A stretch of 58,879 bases of DNA, the filler included, from Sphacelaria rigidula (Eukaryota): NCBI GenBank assembly GCA_964200075.2. It is 7 parts of 7 records of this genome, joined end to end, with 100 filler letters (N's around TTAATTAATTAA, not from the genome) between each part and the next. Parts side by side here need not be neighbours in the genome. Positions count along the whole stretch, not along the records: positions 33,705 to 42,029 come from CAXNAA020011516.1; positions 42,130 to 50,454 come from CAXNAA020011517.1; positions 50,555 to 58,879 come from CAXNAA020011518.1; 4 more parts are not named here. One strand, given 5' to 3'. How positions within the stretch are numbered: the stretch's first letter is position 1; the number at the start of each line of letters is the position of its first letter. Below, one piece after another: positions 38,648 through 51,369 of this stretch. Under the pieces are notes generated by a model. That model was not told where the DNA came from. It saw only the letters and a list, made by a program, of their open reading frames with translations, and did not search any database. The translations under genes and the position numbers were made by a program.

Positions 38648-41064
38648 GATTTTCTCTCCCTCTGGCCGCCTCGATGTGTACCCTGTTCCCCCCCCCGAAA
38701 TCAGCCCACTTGCTTTGCCTGGTGCTCCTGTCCTGAAGCTATCATAATGGAAAATAACCCATGGTGTTCTGATTCTTCGCTCTTCCCGAGCCGCACACAC
38801 TAGACACGGACAGCAGGGGCAGCCGCTCTACTGCATTGTGCTACCCTTGTGGATCAAAGAAGTAGGACCAAGAGAAGGAAATCAACGTGATTTCAGCAAC
38901 GTAGGGGTTGCGCTGTCTGTTCGTGAGCGTTTTAGGTGAGAGACTGGTTGTTCTATGACATTCTATGACGAGTTGGCCCGATATGAAACCTACAGGCATT
39001 ACGTGTCCTCCTTGTGTAGCTGTACGGCTGTTGGTGGCGAAGCAGCACAGCAGTCATCTTGCAAAGGTTTGCACTTCAGTTCTCACAGGGAATAAAATGC
39101 AGTCAAAATCTTGATGTACCACCATCAAATTAGGCGTCATACGTATGGGTTCCGATCTGCCTCGCAGTAATGGGGTAGAGTCCTTTTGGTCAATGATGAA
39201 TCTCTGTTCGACACGGCATGTCTTCGTCGAGAACTGCAGCCCAGCTCTCGAAGATGCAAACATACGGTTTGCCCCGCCCGTCCACCAAAACCCCGGGGGG
39301 ATGCAACCCGAATTGCCCTAGATGGGCGGACTTCGGAGATGTAATGGATGCACTTGCTTCGATTGCTTCGTGCCAACCTGGCCAATGCACTATACAGTCG
39401 CTGTCCCGCACAATTTGTGCACAGTAAAAACATGCGCCACCATGTCCCGCTTGGTTAGTGTGGTGCCGAGCCACGCCCTTGATGGAAAATCTTCGTCGAG
39501 AATGACCTGCACGCCGTACGGGATAGTCAGTTGTATGTAGTGTCTGTACAACGACAGAGCCTGTTTTGTAGTCGCTAGCATGCTTCACGCGCATGGTCAT
39601 TTATCCCGCAGTGCAGCACTCGGTACTTTCTCGACCATCCTCTTGCATGTAGCCAATATCTTCTCCGCGTTTGTAACCTCGGCACTACGTACCGCACATG
39701 AGCACCGTAGGAGTAAAGTAACACCAGTTATCGTGTGGACAAATCCCCAATCTCTGCAAAATCGGGGTGAACCAGATTTGCGGAGGCAAACTTGCAGGGG
39801 CCTCACTGTCACACCTCTTTGCTGACATAGCTCTGCACATGGAGGGTCGTTTTTCTGACGGTGTGGGGTGTCGCTCGTAAATAAAGCCGAAGAACAGGCA
39901 GGCGGTGACCCATTCTTCAAGTATAGTACAGTGTCCGGAGGTACCCCAGGGCAGTACAGTGTAGGGCACTCCATCATCACAATAGATGGTAGTACTATGG
40001 GAAAATATGATGAAGTATTGCGACTAAAAAGTCTGGGAACTCGTACAGTACAGTTGCAGTACATAACCCTAGAAGTACCGGAACAAGAGGATAGCGCAGC
40101 ATCGTTCGTTATGGCTGTGCATACGGCAGTGCAGTACACCATATTACAATCGCCGCAGCGTACGGCATCGCTTTTTCCGTTCAATCTTCAACCAACTCCC
40201 TGACCGTTGTCGCATGGTACGGAGTTACACCTCTTGTTACTTAACACTACTGTAGATTCGTGTGTTGAACCCCTTGCGCGCTGCCTGTGCAACGAAACTT
40301 CTCAAAAGACGGCTAGCGCAGGTAGGCACGGTTGTCTGTGGTCTGTGCTGTCACGAGACTGTGCCGCTGCGTTTCGAAAAAATCAAACGCCTCTTGTCAT
40401 ATCACCATACGTCACTGTACGTACGTCACCTTGGTAAACATCGGAGTGATCTCAAATTTACCCGAACTGCACGCAGGTCTAAGTAAATTCGCGTGTGAAT
40501 CGAGAAATCCCAATCTGGGCCGCCCCAGTTTTGGCCATATACAGGCTGAGGCTGGGCCGCCCCAAAAGCGGACTTTCCTTCAGCCGGTTCTAACTGGCGA
40601 TGCATCGCGAGTTGTGCCTACTCTGACACATCGTCGTAATCTGCAAATCAACGCACGTCTCTTCACGTAGCACTGCGATCTGACGTGTTCCCTTCAGACA
40701 AAATACCAAACTGTACTCGTCGTCAGCTGCGGAGTGTAGAGAGTTGAGGGCGACATGTGCGACGGAATTAGGGGAATATAACGGCTGAAATGGCATTTTT
40801 GGTTACAATCGGTTGTGTCGCAGCCGCAAAGTGATGGTGCTGCACAAGTTGTGGTTGTACAACAGTGCATGTCGTACTGTAGGTGCGCATTGTCTGAGAT
40901 AGCACGCGGACGAGGCCTCCAGCGCGTCAAGGCGTCTGGTGGTAGTGTGGGAACTGGTGAGCGGCGGGTGAACAAAGCTTATGGAGAAAGTCAAAGTTCC
41001 GATTGAGGTTGTTGTACTCTGGAAGCAAGTTAACCCCTTCTCAACGGGAAGGCGCGGTTGCGCT

Positions 41065-41720
41065 GGTCAATTTTGAGTCGTTTTGCATGCAAATTTGACA
41101 CGATGTGCGTGAAGTATGTGCGAAGCCTCTACACGTATCGTTTCCCATTCATTTTCTTTTTTCCCCTCATGAGTTATTGGTGGTCGGAAATTCGGAATAT
41201 TTATTTTCGGTACAAAATCTTCGACAATTCATTGAGGAAAACATCAAGGAGGGACAACAGGGTCTTCACAATATACCTCATGCACATCCTGTCGAATTTC
41301 GTGGAAAAATACTTGAAATTAAACAGCACAACCGCGTTTCATTCTTTCGCGGCTGGTCCACCTCCACACAGAAACCGGTCTTCGACACGAACACGCGATT
41401 ATGCCTCTCAATTTTGGCTCGTTTCCTATGAATGTTTAACACGATGTACAAGACGTATGTGCGAAGACCCCATCATATTTCCCCTATATTTTTGTTTTCC
41501 GTAGGTTATTGGCGACTAAGCATTTCAGAACATTTTTTTGGAACTAAATTGTGAAAAACTCGCGAAAAAATGGGGGAGAGATATGATGGGGTCTTTGCAC
41601 ATTCGTCCCTTGTTCGTCCCGTACATCGAGTCAAAATTCATGGAAAACGACCAAAAATTGAGCAGCATAATCGCGTGTTCGCATTCCTGTTCGCGTCTTT
41701 GGCGGCCCAGCATTCGAGCA
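41065..41720. repeat. Diverged tandem duplication, ~345-bp unit, following a TTAACCCCTT piggyBac-like end at ~41029
   Basis: TCAATTTTG..TCGTTT...ACACGATGT and CAGCA.AA.CGCGT.T..CATTC...TTCGCG occur twice. Confidence 0.65.
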
Positions 41721-41980
41721 CCCATAATGGGCGAAATACAAATCTGACTGGTCCCAATCTGCCCACAGATCCACATTTCTATCAACATACTGTAGAAGCT
41801 TGTCTAAACTACCTAACCGCGCGTGCACGGACGAAGCAATACTGCGGGCTCACCTTCTTGGCACGATGTGTTTGTTTGCAACATACGACGCCTCACAAAT
41901 GCACGAGAATCTGGCAAGCACGTTACTTGACCTGGAGTGTGTATGCGTGTGTGTTGCCATCCCGTCTCTGGACGCCAGTC

Positions 41981-42029
41981 CGGTCGCCCCGGTGGCTTAG
42001 TTGGTAACCTCGTAACCTTCTGATGGTTG
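41981..42029 (+). mobile_element. tRNA-SINE head cut by contig end
   Basis: CGGTCGCCCCGGTGGCTTAGTTGGTAACCTCG matches the heads of the other two copies. Confidence 0.8.
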
Positions 42030-42874
42030 NNNNNNNNNNNNNNNNNNNNNNNNNNNNNNNNNNNNNNNNNNNNTTAATTAATTAANNNNNNNNNNNNNNN
42101 NNNNNNNNNNNNNNNNNNNNNNNNNNNNNCAGGTTAAATCCGTTTCTGGGCTGGCCCAGCTCGTATTAATCCACGGTATGGTTGCATGTACGTGACCCAG
42201 GCGCAGGAGAAATATGTACATCCTGTTGATGTTCTCTCTTTTTTTTTCCTTCATTTTTATTATGAACCATTAGCATGAAAAATAGAGGAAAATTATTTCC
42301 TGATTTTTTTTCTGTTTATTTCAGTGTACTTACTGCCGGGCACACCCACGATTAGGTGGGCCACCTATGATTTCTTGCCTCATTCAATATACTTTACAAA
42401 GTCTCGAACACCCCACTTTTGAATACATGATCAGTATGAGTGAAAAGACGTGGGTGACGTTACATTTTGCCGGGGGGGTGCATGGTTGACAGGGGAGGGG
42501 GAAATAGCCATCCCCGACGGGTGTTATCTACCGTATCGAGGGGCTGCTACATGCCGTTTTGCCTCATTGTAGACTAATGCCGATAACTTTGAATGTAGTG
42601 GAGGTAGCGTTGGAACGATAGTATGTATTCAAGTACTGATATGCGGAAAAAAGTGGGAAAATGCCCCATCCCGGGGACAAAATCAGCATATCCCCCCTCC
42701 CCCCGACCACGCTCCGCCAGGGGGTGAGACCATCCATTTTGGCCTGAAACCTGCGAACGATGATGCTCTTGGAGACGGGGAGTGCATCACGAAACGCTTA
42801 CACTCTACCCTGATGGTTTATGAGCCCATCTGCTCCCACCCAGGGATGGAGTGGTCTCTACCCCCCACCCCCCC

Positions 42875-42980
42875 TGGTCCGGCGAAAACCTGGCGTGCTC
42901 CGTCCCGGCTTTGTAGACATGCGAGGTCAGTGTTCCTATGACTACGGGATGCAAGATCATCAATACACCTCCCACCCCCC
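42875..42980 (+). mobile_element. Poly(C)-tailed mini-element, subfamily A
   Basis: Core flanked by ccccccaccccc / ctcccacccccc duplication. Confidence 0.8.
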
Positions 42981-43099
42981 AAGCATATTCAGGGGTTATT
43001 ATAAGTCGTTTTGGCCAGTATCGTTCGAAGAACGATGGTCACGGAGATTCCAAAGTTGTCGCTACAACTGATATGCCCAAACCTTTTTGATTGATGATG

Positions 43100-43590
43100 A
43101 GTACCACCTTTTATGGGGACAGGCCTGTACTTGTGCAAACCTGGGGATTCCAGCATGTCCGCAAGCTATATCCTCTCGCGGGTTGTGTCGCGGACCCCAG
43201 TCTGTTCGGCAATGTGTTTCGGCTAGGTGTGAGAAAACCACATCAATTCTACGATTCTCTGGACGTTGACTTTTGGTATGTCACCCTTTTGCTCGAATTC
43301 AGGCACTCCCGAATATGCGTGTACAAAGAATAGATTTGGGCCGCGGGTCTGTTTTTTTTTACACGCAGAGTCTGAAGTGTCTCGATTCGAGCAAAAAGGT
43401 TGACATACGAACGGTCAACGCTCACATCATTGGCGAATTTATGTCGTTTTCTCGAAGCTAGCCGAGAAACATTGCCCAACGGATTGTGGTCCGATTGCTC
43501 AATCCGTGGGAGGAAATCGCCTACAGGCATTTGCTGAAATTCGTACAGTTGTACAAGTGCAGATTTGTCCCCATAAAAGGTGGTCCAATA
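43100..43590. repeat. Imperfect inverted repeat with ~240-bp arms
   Basis: ACCACCTTTTATGGGGACA at ~43103 and its complement at ~43566-43584; similarity continues to centre near 43340. Confidence 0.8.
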
Positions 43591-43594
43591 CTTC

Positions 43595-44400
43595 ATCCCC
43601 CGGACACTCGGGATGAAATAATTTCATCCCCTGCCCAAACGTGTAGGGGGAAATACATCTACCGTTTCGGCCCGTAACGCACTAACGACGATACCTGTCG
43701 GGTCTGGAAGGTGTCAACATAACCATTGCACCCTACCCTCTCGGACGATGGCAACCCCTCACCTTAACACCCCGGGGATACTTTCGCCTTATCCTCTTTT
43801 CGAACACGCTTAGGCGGGATGTTATCTGGCATTCTAGCCAGTAGCGTACGAAGGAACATGTCCCTGGGGACGGGAGAGGTATCACAACAACGGCTGTGCC
43901 CTAACGAATTCGTTCATGATAACACCCCGTCCTTCACGCCCCAGGAAGGGCATAGTTTCATCCCCTCTTCAAATACGTTTAGGGGAATGTTATCTAGTGT
44001 TTTGGTCCACAACATACGCGGATGGCGATTCCTGTCGGGACCGGAAAGGCACCACCGAACACTTACATCCTACCCTGTTGATCTATGATAACCCCTCACC
44101 CTAACACCTCGGGGATGACATAGTTAAACCCCCTCTTCGGAAACACTCATGAGGGTTCTATCTCGCGTTTTCGCCGAAGCGTACGAGGAAAAATGCCCCT
44201 GGGGATGGATGGTAGAGGTACCACGATAATTGCTATGCCCTACTTGTTTCATTTATGATGAACCTCCACGTCTCTCACCCCGGGAATGAAAACATTCCAT
44301 CCTCTGCGTACCTACGCTTTGGGGGTGCTATCTATCGTTTCTTGGCCTGTATACTACGAATCACTTTACCCCCAGGCACGGGAGATCTATCACTAGAATG
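43595..44400. repeat. Diverged tandem array, ~168-bp unit, about 4.8 copies, alternating A/B
   Basis: Recurring CCCCGGGGAT...ATCCCCTCTTC...ACG.TTAGGGG..TG.TATCT at ~43600, 43770, 43938, 44105, 44278. Confidence 0.78.
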
Positions 44401-45849
44401 CCAGCTGCTGATGAAAATTTGGCCAGGCGAATAATTGTCTACATTCCGCCACACTTCTCCGGGTATGGATCGGAAATGTTCCAAGACCCGTCGGTTGTAG
44501 CTGCTGGAACCCTCATCTGACGTTTGGATGGGCCGACGTGACCCAATTATCATGAAAGTTAGGTCTACTCCCACTCACTTGATGCTGTCAAATCGATTCC
44601 CGCGGTGGGGGTTTTGAACGACTAATATCAACACGTCGGATTTGACGCATCGCTTGTACAAAATGGCCATTAACCACTTTTGGTGAGAATTTTCACCTCG
44701 GCTGCGGAATCTCCACTGAATCTCCAGTGGGACTATACTTTTTTTTTTCGTTTCAATTAAAAAATTTCCGGCGCATGACACTGGCCTACATGACCACGGA
44801 TCGATCGGCCCTGCGTCTGTTGTCTCACCACTTTGATATATTTCATTCCCCCCCCTTTTCTCGAGTTTCTTTTAGCGAGTGTTTTGCCGCTGATTTGGCT
44901 TGGGGACGTTCTATTATCTTGTCACCACGGTTGGATGATTCGTATGAGCAATGCTACGGTAGGGGTTGCACTTGGTGTTTCCGGGTCTCTTTTTTGTAGG
45001 AGACCAAATATATGGGGCTTACTTTGCAAACCTAACCCTCCGGGGACCGGGCTCCCAGAAACATACATGGTGTTTGCACGCAGGAGACTTTTCGTGAACC
45101 GGCATCATTCTCAGTCTTTTTCAAGTAGAAATGATTCCGATTATCAAAATGACCCGTCTGACACCCCGAGCAGCTCCAAGAAACGTTTTCGCTAAAAAAA
45201 ACGCAACCCCGACCGTCGCATTTCTCGCAGCGGATCACCGGATGTGTGACAGAGTCAATCGACCATCAAGCAACCACAAACCCTGACCCGATCGGGCACA
45301 CCGAGAACCGTTGGGCAAGAGGGGTACCGAGGATGCTTCAGCCAAGCGTTTTGTTTCTCCCTTTTTTCTGTTACACTTTCTGACCCCCTGTTGTTCCTCG
45401 AGACGGGTCCGCGGTGGTTCCCAAGGGATGAACCCATCTCTCCCGCGGTAGACGCCTTGCATTTTCGTCTCGCGGATTGGATGATGACCATCCGCAGTCC
45501 CGCACCGTGTCGACTCTCGTCGAAACAAACTCCGCCAACCATTCTCCCTTGTTGCTGTAATAATGACATCCTCGCGCTCTCAAGGGCGGGAATCAGATAC
45601 TGTACCTGAAGGTACTTGTGAAGGGGAAAAAAGAAAAAAGAAAAAAACGCGATATGTCGGGAATCGATCCCGCGTTTTTTTCATCCTAATCGTGCCACTT
45701 GTGCCATCAGACAGACCACCGTGGCAAGGGGCGCAGTATGTGTTGGCAGAGATCATGAGAGAAAAAAAGCGTCCTGCGCACGCTGGCAAGCAAGCAAACA
45801 CTCAGGATTGTCAGCCCCCCCCCCCAAAAAAAAAAAAACTTCAAATGTG

Positions 45850-46066
45850 CAAGGGCAGGTCGAGTAGAGAATACTCAATTGCGGGGTATTGTGAAAGACG
45901 TACTTGAGGTATTCGAATTAGGGTAGAGTCTTCGTAGGAGTCGTACTCCCCCCCCAAAAAACTGGAAAGCGATCTCTAAAACGCTTCCCCCCACCGAATT
46001 TGTCTACTTCAAGTGCGACTTTCAAAATACCCCGCAATCGAGTATACTCTGCTTGACCTGCCCTTG
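45850..46066. mobile_element. MITE with ~50-bp TIRs, hAT-type
   Basis: CAAGGGCAGGTC...GACCTGCCCTTG; 8-bp flanks CAAATGTG / CAGATGTG. Confidence 0.85.
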
Positions 46067-46314
46067 CAGATGTGATAGTCGACACTCATACCAAGCATTC
46101 GTTCCGCTGTGAGATTGTGGCGATGAGTTGGCGTGGACTCTACCGGTTGAGTACCTCGTGTTGGTTTTGGACTACTCTGTCTCTACGCTTCCGCATTTGT
46201 ACGCACACATTTACGCCGTAATTTTGACCCCCACCCCTCCCTCGAGACGAAGCCATAATGTCAGGGGGGATTGAAATTAATATGCCCCTCTCTTGATCCC
46301 GACTTGAAATATTT

Positions 46315-46481
46315 CACACCTTGGACGATATATGGTCAATGGTTGCAATAGACAAGAAACGTACCGCATAAAGTACAGTCCTATTGCGACTATTGTGAGC
46401 CGGCAATAGTTGCAATAGACCTGTACTTTATGCAGTGCACTCGTCTATTGCATCTATTGACCACATATTGTCCAGGGTGTG
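46315..46481. mobile_element. Foldback MITE related to 1133-1302, hAT-type
   Basis: TIR CACACC(T/C)TGGAC(G/A)ATA; 8-bp flanks AAATATTT / AACTATTT. Confidence 0.8.
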
Positions 46482-48073
46482 AACTATTTCTGTCGCGGTT
46501 TTGGACCAGCACTCCCGCACCGCGTTGACTCCGGTCGGAATTTTATTTGCCACTTCCTTTCCTCGCGCTTTTATCTACGCATAAGGTATTCTGCTCAAGA
46601 AGGCCACCGTACCCGTCGGAAGTCGAGTCTACAATCTTCCGCCCTAGCGGACCGCTGATGTACTTCTCCAGTCACTTAGACGGCCGGGGCACGACGGTAT
46701 ACTGTGCCGTACTGACCATATCAAAAGTGTAGGATGTTTGTCATTGTTTGATGTGACAACATCATCGCGAAATATTCCGGGGATAGTTATGCCTTTAGAC
46801 GGTAGGCAAGCGCAAGCCCGATCGTACTTCGAGCATTATCCGTCAGTGTACAACAGTGCTGCGTGTATTGAATGTATTTGCATATGTAGTACTTTTGTAG
46901 CCGATAGGGGCGAACTGTCGATGTCGATGGTGATCCCCGGTACAGTACAATTTGTACTCCATAACTTTGACACATGGAATGTCGATGATTTCGGTACCGA
47001 GGGAGAGATCCCAGCATATTGTGGTTGGGTCAACAGTCCGGTTTGAACGCACTGTACTGGGACCCCGCGCTATTCTGGTACAGTGCAATTACTTGATATT
47101 AGTATAGCAGATCGGACTTTTGACGTGTGATTCACACCGCGCTCTGTTGGAACCCCGCACTTCAGAGGACCGACCACACTGTGGTGGGACCCCCTCCCCC
47201 CCCATGTGCCGATCCATGACCTACAAAAGATTTACCTCATTCCCTGTTCTGGAGGTCCTTACGGGCACGCCGTGAGTGTTGTGGTCTACAAGCTAGGGCT
47301 GGGCGGGATGAGTGAGTGGGTGATGCTCATTTTCTCTCGTGAGCGATCGCGGCTGATATGAACCGTTGCGGTGACGAACACATGCGTTTTCCTGGCGGCA
47401 CGAGTGGCAGTACATAGTGGTGATCATCGGCTGAGCAGCCATGACTCGACTTTAAAAACAGGCAGATATACCTATGCTTCTGTAGCCACACTTCCACGGA
47501 CGGGACGTGAGGAGACGAGCATACGATGCAGAACAATCCCAAGCTGTCACAATGGCGCTGTGGATCCCGCCAGTTTTTACCTGGCACGTGGACTGGCTGC
47601 TTTGGAGGGTGCGTTGAGATGGAGTAGGTAAAAAACTCTAGCGTGTGGTCTGATACTTCCACGACAAATAAAATGAGTACCACTGTTCGTTCGTTCAATG
47701 GCTCTGAGACCAGAGAGGGGAACAGAGAGAAATCAACGGAACTGCTCATCAGGTATTTACCGCGAGAGCATTTTATGGTCGTTTTTCGCCGCCGAAAATC
47801 TGGCTAACCTGGCATGTACAGTGGTTGTGTCTGGGTGATGCTCAACTGCATCCAGGTCGAAGCTATCGTTTTTGACGTATACGTTGATATGTAGGCTGTA
47901 TCTTCTTAAATGTGGTTCTCGAGACCCCGTGCTAAATCGTGGTCCGATGAGTTTTTATTTTGTTTTTGCTCGTCCCCTCTTCTCTTTCCTTTCCTTCCGT
48001 CTACTTTTTTTTTTTGACTACCCATTGGCAGTGTGCTCTACTTGTTCTCTCTCCTTTTACATTGTCCATATTT

Positions 48074-48121
<48 letters not shown>

Positions 48122-48406
48122 GCGCGCGCGTGTCTGTAGCAGGTGTCTCCGACCATATACCATGGTTATGTCTATTAGCTCCCGACCACTTGAGAGTTCG
48201 TGACGGATCACCTACTATGCGACAGTGAATCAAATGATCGATCAATTCAAATACACTTCGTATATATCTCAGTGCCGTTCATGCGGTGGGGGAGAGTCGA
48301 TCATTTGGCACGATATTTCTCGAGTTTATCCATCAATATACGCTTGTTTTCTCCCAGTGTGTCATATTCCACTGACACTCTCCTGTTTTTTATCCCTCCT
48401 ACTGAA

Positions 48407-48785
48407 CCGGTCGCCCCGGTGCCTCAGTTGGTAAGCTCGAAACCTTTTGGCGGTTGGGTCGTGGGTTCAAATCTCGGTGCAGGAACACCACCTGGGATTT
48501 TTTCTCACAAAATGCCCAACAATAGAGAGCGATTATGTCACACCAACACAAAACTCGACGTAATGGTTGACGAGAGAGAGGGATTGCTGAACCCCTCCCG
48601 CGATAAAAAATGAAGGCAAGCACCGCCGAAGGAAGGTGGAGAACCAAAATAAACAAGAAAGGGAAAAACTCCTGTGTTGACCTCCCTCCTGTGTGACCCC
48701 GGCTGGTGCGCCCACATATACCGAAAGGTGTAGACCGGCGTCCTGAATAGATGGGACGACAGCACACACAACACACACAGCACAC
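48407..48785 (+). mobile_element. tRNA-derived SINE with (CA)n tail
   Basis: A and B boxes (GGTTCAAATC), ACTGAA duplicated at 48401-48406 and 48786-48791. Confidence 0.85.
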
Positions 48786-48877
48786 ACTGAATGATGCTTT
48801 GCACTCACGTGTTGTTATCATCCGTCTGAGCACGGGATGAATAAATGATCGGCACCCCCCGAATCACAAATGAACAG

Positions 48878-49072
48878 GCAATTCGTTTGCGAGAAGTGGA
48901 GGGTGTGCGAGAGATAACTCTGCTCGGTCAAAACGTCAACAGCTACCACGACAAGTCGGAGCCGTCTGCTCGAGCCTTCCCGCAGGCAGGCTACTCCGCA
49001 TCACTCGGCTTCGGCAATAAGTACAGTTCCAGGGGCGGCGCGGGGGCCTACTTTGCCGAGTTGCTGCGCGAG
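48878..49072 (+). CDS. CDK5RAP1: tRNA methylthiotransferase (MiaB-like radical SAM), exon with EITLLGQNVNSY
   Basis: aacag| acceptor, gag|gtttgt donor, 195 bp; GVREITLLGQNVNSYHD and FAELL motifs. Confidence 0.93.
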
Positions 49073-49158
49073 GTTTGTTTTTTCGCTCTTCGTGCCTGTC
49101 GTGTTTTGTTGTCTCTGCCTCTGGCTGTTCTCTCCACCCCGTCTTTGATTTGCGATAT

Positions 49159-49350
<192 letters not shown>

Positions 49351-49379
49351 TGTTCCGTGGTGTTATTCGGCGTATGCAG

Positions 49380-49529
49380 GTGGCTTCTGCCGTTCCCGAT
49401 GTGCGGGTAAGGTTCACGTCGCCGCACCCGAAAGACTTTCCCGACCAAGTGCTGGAGGCAGTGGCCACGTATCCCAATATCTGCAAGCAACTGCACCTTC
49501 CAGCGCAAAGCGGGAACAGCGACGTGCTG
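49380..49529 (+). CDS. CDK5RAP1: tRNA methylthiotransferase (MiaB-like), exon [50 protein letters not shown]
   Basis: tgcag| acceptor, |gtaaac donor, 150 bp in frame with previous exon; [10 protein letters not shown] and HLPAQSG signature motifs. Confidence 0.95.
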
Positions 49530-49988
49530 GTAAACTATATGCGATCAAGGCTGAAGTTTACCGTTGTAGTAGTAATAGTAATAGTAATACTAGTAGTCGT
49601 GGTGGCATTGTATGGTTGTTGTAATTTTTTTTTCTCTTAACAGGCGCGGGCTTGCTTACCTTTTAATCGCCAGGGTAGGTAGGTCACGTGGGTCTTGCAT
49701 TCGGTAGTCGAGCAAAAAATAATGCCGATTAAAAGTTGCCCATTTTGGCGGTCAAAGGGTTGTTGACGCTTTCACTGCGGGACCCTCTCGGAAAGAATAC
49801 CACGTGGTACTTCGTAACATCTTGAATAAAAAAAAATAGGTCAAATTGCTGTGATCCTCTTGAAGACCTCGTGGATGAGAATTCTTGCCCCAGCATTGTC
49901 GTTCGCATATAGCTGAGCCGCAACCTACTGCCACGCCTTATTTTTCATTGGACGGCCTTCTATCCTTAAGCCATGCAGCACCGGTGAA

Positions 49989-50096
49989 GGGGAGGGGGAG
50001 GGGTGTACTCATGATCATGCATGTCATAGTCATAAGACCATTGACCTCGCATCCCTACAAAGCCGGGACGGAGCATGCCGGGTTTTCGCCGGACCA
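49989..50096 (-). mobile_element. Poly(C)-tailed mini-element, subfamily A
   Basis: Near-identical to 102-212; adjacent G-rich run. Confidence 0.85.
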
Positions 50097-51369
50097 TGGA
50101 CCTTCCTTCTTTTTGTTTCTTCATAAATTGTTTCCGGAACCGATACTAGTTTTACCTTGGCGTGTTACTTGTTCTCCTTTCCTTTCCCTTTACTTATTTT
50201 CGGTTCACTGTGTTCTGTATGTATTTTGCCTCTCCTCCTTGTTGAGCGCCATTTCGCTGGTGTTTCCGGGTGGTGTTGCCTTGGTACGTGTATCATGTGA
50301 GCACAGCTAGATTGCTTGGAGATCCGTTAGTGTACAGCGATCGATGGCATGCCCATTCGCATGAACAGCGGGGTGTTGAGCACATGGCGTTAGTCCGTGA
50401 GTAAGCCCCCCCCCGGCGAGAACCCGGCGTGCTCCGTCCCGGCTTTGTAGGGGCNNNNNNNNNNNNNNNNNNNNNNNNNNNNNNNNNNNNNNNNNNNNTT
50501 AATTAATTAANNNNNNNNNNNNNNNNNNNNNNNNNNNNNNNNNNNNNNNNNNNNGGGTTTACCTAGGGGAATTCGTCATATCCTGGCCTTAAATCTCAAC
50601 TTTCTTAATAATCCCTGAGTTTTTCCTTATCCCTGAGTTCTGATTTGTGTTTTCGAAACTCTCTATTGAGTCGAAGCGATGCATACAATATTGCTGCCAT
50701 AATATATATATTGAAAATAAACCCTGCAACAGTATATTGTTTTCCCAACATGCACACGTAGACAGATAGCACCCTGTGGGGCACGTCCACAAGGTCTAGG
50801 GAAACTGTGCCGTGTTTGCCGCGGGGATTTGGCTGTAGGGTTATTTTTCGCGCCACACAGTACACTTCACAGGGTTTCGTCACCCTGAGTGCTGTTCATT
50901 GTTGTAAATATGCTGTACAGCCTTTATAGCGCACATGCAATATACTTCATACAGCATGGGCATGTTACGGTCAGAAACAAAAGGTGGAGAAGTTGCAGTG
51001 GTGGGAATTGCACTTACAATTTCGAGTCCGAAAGTTCAACCAGGTGTACATTGACCTACCCGATTTGATGTTGACAACGATATGTATCTTGTGCTTCTAA
51101 TAACTATCGAGCAAAAACCTCCATAAACGAAATCATGGTGAAGTGATTTTTTCTAATTATTTAGTTTCTGTCGATAGACACTGGACCGCGGGGTTTTCAT
51201 GAGCTATGTGCATTCATATGCCAGGTATATTCCGTCATTACAGCATCTTTACCGCGCCTGTGGCGGAAGCGTCGCTTCGAAGCACAGGCGTGTGGACATA
51301 CACTCGCAAGCAGTGTGTGGGATCTCTATTCAACAGAAGCTGTTGAGACTTCATCATTTAGCCCAATGG

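Noticed and set aside
39050-41000. Several overlapping 100-195 aa ORFs
   Set aside because: No recognisable motif or consistent splice structure; left uncalled.
43091-43596. Two similar convergent ORFs beginning TTFYGD
   Set aside because: Translation of the two arms of an inverted repeat; no domain or splice evidence.
47338-47352. RERSR as an upstream CDK5RAP1 exon
   Set aside because: Lacks the preceding CxxxCxxC/FTRG context and is followed by a stop.
49989-50096. Hammerhead ribozyme in the poly(C) element
   Set aside because: CTTATGA resembles CUGAUGA but is not conserved among copies and no correctly placed GAAA or stem III follows.
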